The notes under the pieces were generated by a model. That model did no database searches and was not told the DNA's origin. It worked only from the letters and a program-made list of their open reading frames with translations. Positions 59,943 to 64,000 of a DNA stretch of 64,000 nucleotides are shown one piece after another; positions within the stretch are counted from its first letter, which is position 1, and the number at the start of each line of letters is the position of its first letter. A program made the translations under genes and the position numbers. This DNA is from Octopus bimaculoides. Lineage: Eukaryota. The stretch spans positions 156,262,969 through 156,326,968 of the forward strand of contig NC_068981.1 in the NCBI RefSeq assembly GCF_001194135.2, given 5' to 3'.

Positions 59943-61778
59943 GTGTGTTAAATAATAAAGCACTAAAAGAGAATGACTCTCCCCAGACACAATAAAATAT
60001 GCTTCAACACACAAATTCACATAAAGAATCTTGCAAACCAAATACAAAAATGAAATAAAAAATTATTGTTATGTACATAAAGTAAGGTGGCAAGCTGTTG
60101 GAAACGTTAGCACACCAGGTAAAATGCTTAGTGTTTCATCTGTCTTTTACATTCTAAGTTCAAATACCACTGAGGTAAACTTTGCCTTTCATCCTTTCAG
60201 AGTCAGTGTAGTTGACTTATCCCCACTCCCACTGAAATTGCCTGCATTGTGCCAAAATTTGAAACTAATATTATGCAAACAAAGTTGTTTGCTTAAGAAG
60301 TTTGCATTTCTACATCTTTGTTTCAGGTTTTATTGCACTGCTTGGTACCTTGGGCAGGTATCATCTATTGTTGTCTCAGGTTCATTTACTCACCATGAAC
60401 AGAATTACATTGACAGAAACTGGAAGAATACAGAGTGTGTATGTATAATTATACTGGAAGAATGTTATGTGCACATAAAAGTATATCTTTTCATATTGTG
60501 ATGAATGTAAACATCACTAAGGATAGCAAAAAGCTAGTGTTCTTTGAATGGTGTCTTGTAATGTTTGTTCTGCATCAATTTGCATAGCTACTCCTTTAGC
60601 TCTTGTCAGAAATGCAGTTAATGAGGTGTTGGGAAACTGCAACTATCAATACTTTTGTTCATCAAGTGTAATATAAAATTTTACAAAAAAAAAAAATAAA
60701 ATAAACTTTTTATGAGATGTTTCTTTCATATAAAAATTTGCAAGCAATACATTTATCAAATTCATAATGTGCTTTACAAAATAGATGATGCTTAAAGCTG
60801 GAAAGTATAAACCGTAGTCATGGCCAGTGCCAATGTCACGTACTGGCATGTAAAAAGTACCCATCACATGCTTGGAGTGGTTGGCATTAGGAAGGGCATC
60901 CCAGCCATAGAAATCATGCCAAATCAGACTGGAACCTGATGTAGCCCTCTAGCTTACCAGTTTGAGTCAAACCATCCAACCCATGCCAGCATGGACAGCA
61001 GATGCTAAATGATGATGATGTGATGATTGTTTTGTGACTGTTATTCTTGCATTCTTTTATTCTTTTACTTGTTTCAGTCATTGGACTGCAGCCATGCTGT
61101 TGCTGCCCTGAAGTGTTTAGTGTTATTTTTTATTTGGTATTTATTTTCTTGCTCATTTTTTCAACCACTAAGTTACAGGGGCATAAACAAACACCAGTTG
61201 TTTACTGAGTGTCAGTTTGTCAGCACAAACATATAGACATGTATATACACACATGTACATACATGCATACTCACACAAGCAAATGAGTGAGTGAATGAAT
61301 GAATGCCAAACCAATAGGGATGATGTGAAGGAGATGTATTTAGTTGTCATGTCTATCAGGTCTGATGTAAAAGTTCCATTATTTTATCAAGATTCTCTGA
61401 AACCTGATTTGCTTATGTAGACGTCTATGTTTGATATAATGATTGATTTATCTGCTTTATAATGATGTTGGTATGTGCAATAAGAGCACATTATTAAAAT
61501 CAACCTTCCTTTAATATGACATCATTTTAATGCCTTCAAAAGACAAATATAAATATCAGTTATTGTTACTTATACTCTGTGATATTTAAGGGATATATTT
61601 AAAAGTTGTTGATAATTCTGTATTCTTTTAATGATTTCATCATTATGTTGTAGTTGTTGTTTAGTCTCAGAAAAAACCTAATGGATCAAACCTATGGTTA
61701 GAAGACCTTCAAACTATTACCATCCCACAAAGTATTATCTATGTCTTCTATTATTCAAGCTAGTAGATTTTGGATGTG

Positions 61779-61833
<55 letters not shown>

Positions 61834-62889
61834 CTTTTTCAGAGAGAGACTGAAGGAGGGAGAAAAACCAAGAGTTTGGCATCACACACATATTTTCAAA
61901 CGTTCCATATACTGACACTTGTACAAATTAATGTAATTCTTTTATTACTGACACTACCAATTCACCCCTGTCTCTCTCAAATTCTTCTGTTAACAGATAG
62001 TAGGGTGTGGTTTGAGGGAGATTTGGTTGCTTTCCCCATGAGATGCTGAATAATAATAGTTTTGTGGATGATCATTTTGTAGTTTCTGAATACAAGATAA
62101 TATATACAGACAATTCAGATTTATAGATTTATATATTTCCAGATGACCTTCAGAGTTAAACTAGAGTAGTTTTATTTCCATTACATTATTTCAATAGTGT
62201 TGTTCAATAATATAAGGATTTAAATGGCAAATATTTTTTTAATTGATTACATTGTTACAGACTCACTTATCGCTACAGATGTTTACATTTTATTCTCATT
62301 ATTTCTGCTAACTCTTTAACACTTCATGTATGGAACTTGTGAATAAATGAGTTGCCAAAAGTATGCTGAGAGATGGAAGTCATCAATAACCTATTCTAAT
62401 TGTCTCTGTATTGTTAAATGTATAAAAATTCCGTAAACTTTTACCCTATTTCCCTACTGTCTTTAGGCACCCTATTACTGAATCATTAGCCTTATCATCA
62501 CCATCATCTTTTCACCATCTATTTTTATATACTTGTGTGACTTAGACAGGATTCATTTCATGTGGTCAAATGCTGTTCCTGTCTCAAACATTTAGCTGTT
62601 TCCAAGCAAGGTGATACTTACTCTAATTTGGATATGTTTTCATAAGAGATTAATCTTTCTCAAGCCTTGACTGGATATTGTTGTCATGTGAATGTACTAC
62701 GTAAAATATATATATATATATACATTCAGCTGTATTTCTGAACTGGGAATAGTTGTATGGTTAAAAAGTTTGCTTTGCAGTTTTGTGATTTTAGATTCAG
62801 TACTTTAGTCAGTTACCTTCTACCATAACTGTGTGTTGCCCAAAGCCTTGTGATTAAAATTCAATAGACAGAAAGAGTGTGGAATTCTG

Positions 62890-63170
62890 TAAGATGAACC
62901 TGGCCCTTAAAGGTAAAGGTAAAGTTACCTTCTCAAATCATTCCAACTCAGAAGGGCTGGTTTCATGGTATATATATTCCCCACTTGAACGAGATGCTTG
63001 TCCATCGCAGGGTTATTCATTTTTGCCAGCTGAGTGGACTGGGGCAACACGAAATGAAGTGTTTTGCTTAAGAACACAATGCGTTGCCCAGGCCAGGAAT
63101 TGAAACCACAATTTTACAATCATGAGTCCAACATCCTAATTGCTAAGCCACATGACTCCACAACCCAGCC
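62890..63170 (-). mobile_element. tRNA-SINE (family of 20981)
   Basis: GCCAGCTGAGTGGACTGG...AGGAATTGAAACCAC...CTAAGCCAC. Confidence 0.75.
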
Positions 63171-63209
63171 CTTAAGTGTCTTTAGCAGAGTTCACTAAGT
63201 TGCAAGAAT

Positions 63210-63381
63210 TTAGGTTAGGTATTCGTTATCATTCAGAAGGTAGCTTGACATCACTGTTCTATTGAGTGAACATAGCCTTTGCTCTGATCCTGCAATTCCT
63301 CTCACGTTACCATTAGAGAAAAGTAATGTATAATCACAACTACTTCTGTCAGCCACCTTGAACATACAGTATGTTGATAGG
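63210..63381 (-). CDS. Possible terminal coding exon of a convergent gene lying beyond the window (LSTYCMFKVADRSSCDYTLLFSNGNVRGIAGSEQRLCSLNRTVMSSYLLNDNEYLT*)
   Basis: Acceptor ttattggtttttag|; open frame to TAA; non-repetitive sequence; no recognisable homology. Confidence 0.25.
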
Positions 63382-64000
63382 CTAAAAACCAATAAACTAA
63401 CATGTTCCACGATGGTCTAAACCTATGCCCCTAAGGATAACTTCCTCTCTTCCCCAACTCACAGAAAAGTTCATAGACACTGTCTTTCCTATTTTGATTA
63501 AAGCATTAAAAAAATGGGAGAAAGACTATGGTTATGGCTGTAATTGATGTATTAGTGAAAGCCTGGGATCTAATGGTTACGATGTTTGGCTCAAGATGTT
63601 ACAATTGTGGGTTCAATTCTTGAACTGGGTGACATGTTATATCCTTGAGCAAAGCACTTCATTTCATATTGCTCAAGTCCACTCAGCTGAAAATAAGTAA
63701 AGCAACCGCTTGAGTTAACTTTGCAGTATATTAGCATTCTGTCATCCAAGAAGCAGGATGGGTACATTTAAAGATAGGCGTTGCAACCACCTGGTACTCT
63801 GTTCCCGCTATGAAAGAGCTATCATGATAGCCAAATTGCCCCATTTACCTTGACTTGATGATGTATAGGAATGAAGATTTATATCAGGGGTCTTGAAAGT
63901 GGTCAATATTGACCCCTGGGGGTCGATAGGACTATTCAAGGGGTCGATTAATACCTGAAACTCCACATCTACTTAGTTATTATTTATTTATTTTCTTGTA

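Overview
Eukaryotic, AT-rich, repeat-dense genomic DNA. The SINE, RTE and microsatellite content looks like Octopus; this is an inference from pattern recognition, not a database search. The main gene is a + strand DNTTIP1 (TdIF1, MiDAC/HDAC1-2 complex subunit). I could chain 14 coding exons in correct splice phase from 16539 to 53384. It has an unusual 2,869-nt exon adding over 900 low-complexity residues in front of the conserved core, and an acidic C-terminal tail. A phase-consistent chain of small exons on the - strand (10050 to 2805) suggests an unidentified divergently transcribed gene. The rest is nested transposons: mariner/Tc1, RTE, an R4/Dong-type LINE, CR1-like and Penelope-like elements, a solo LTR, MITEs, Helentron-type elements and tRNA-SINEs. 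The most striking signal is a 253-bp Penelope-like insertion in a DNTTIP1 intron. It carries a minimal type I hammerhead ribozyme fold with a compensatory G3:C8 core swap, held in the loop of a perfect 46-bp inverted repeat and oriented sense to the pre-mRNA. There are three assembly gaps. All coordinates were read by hand; repeat boundaries without a TSD or TIR are approximate.
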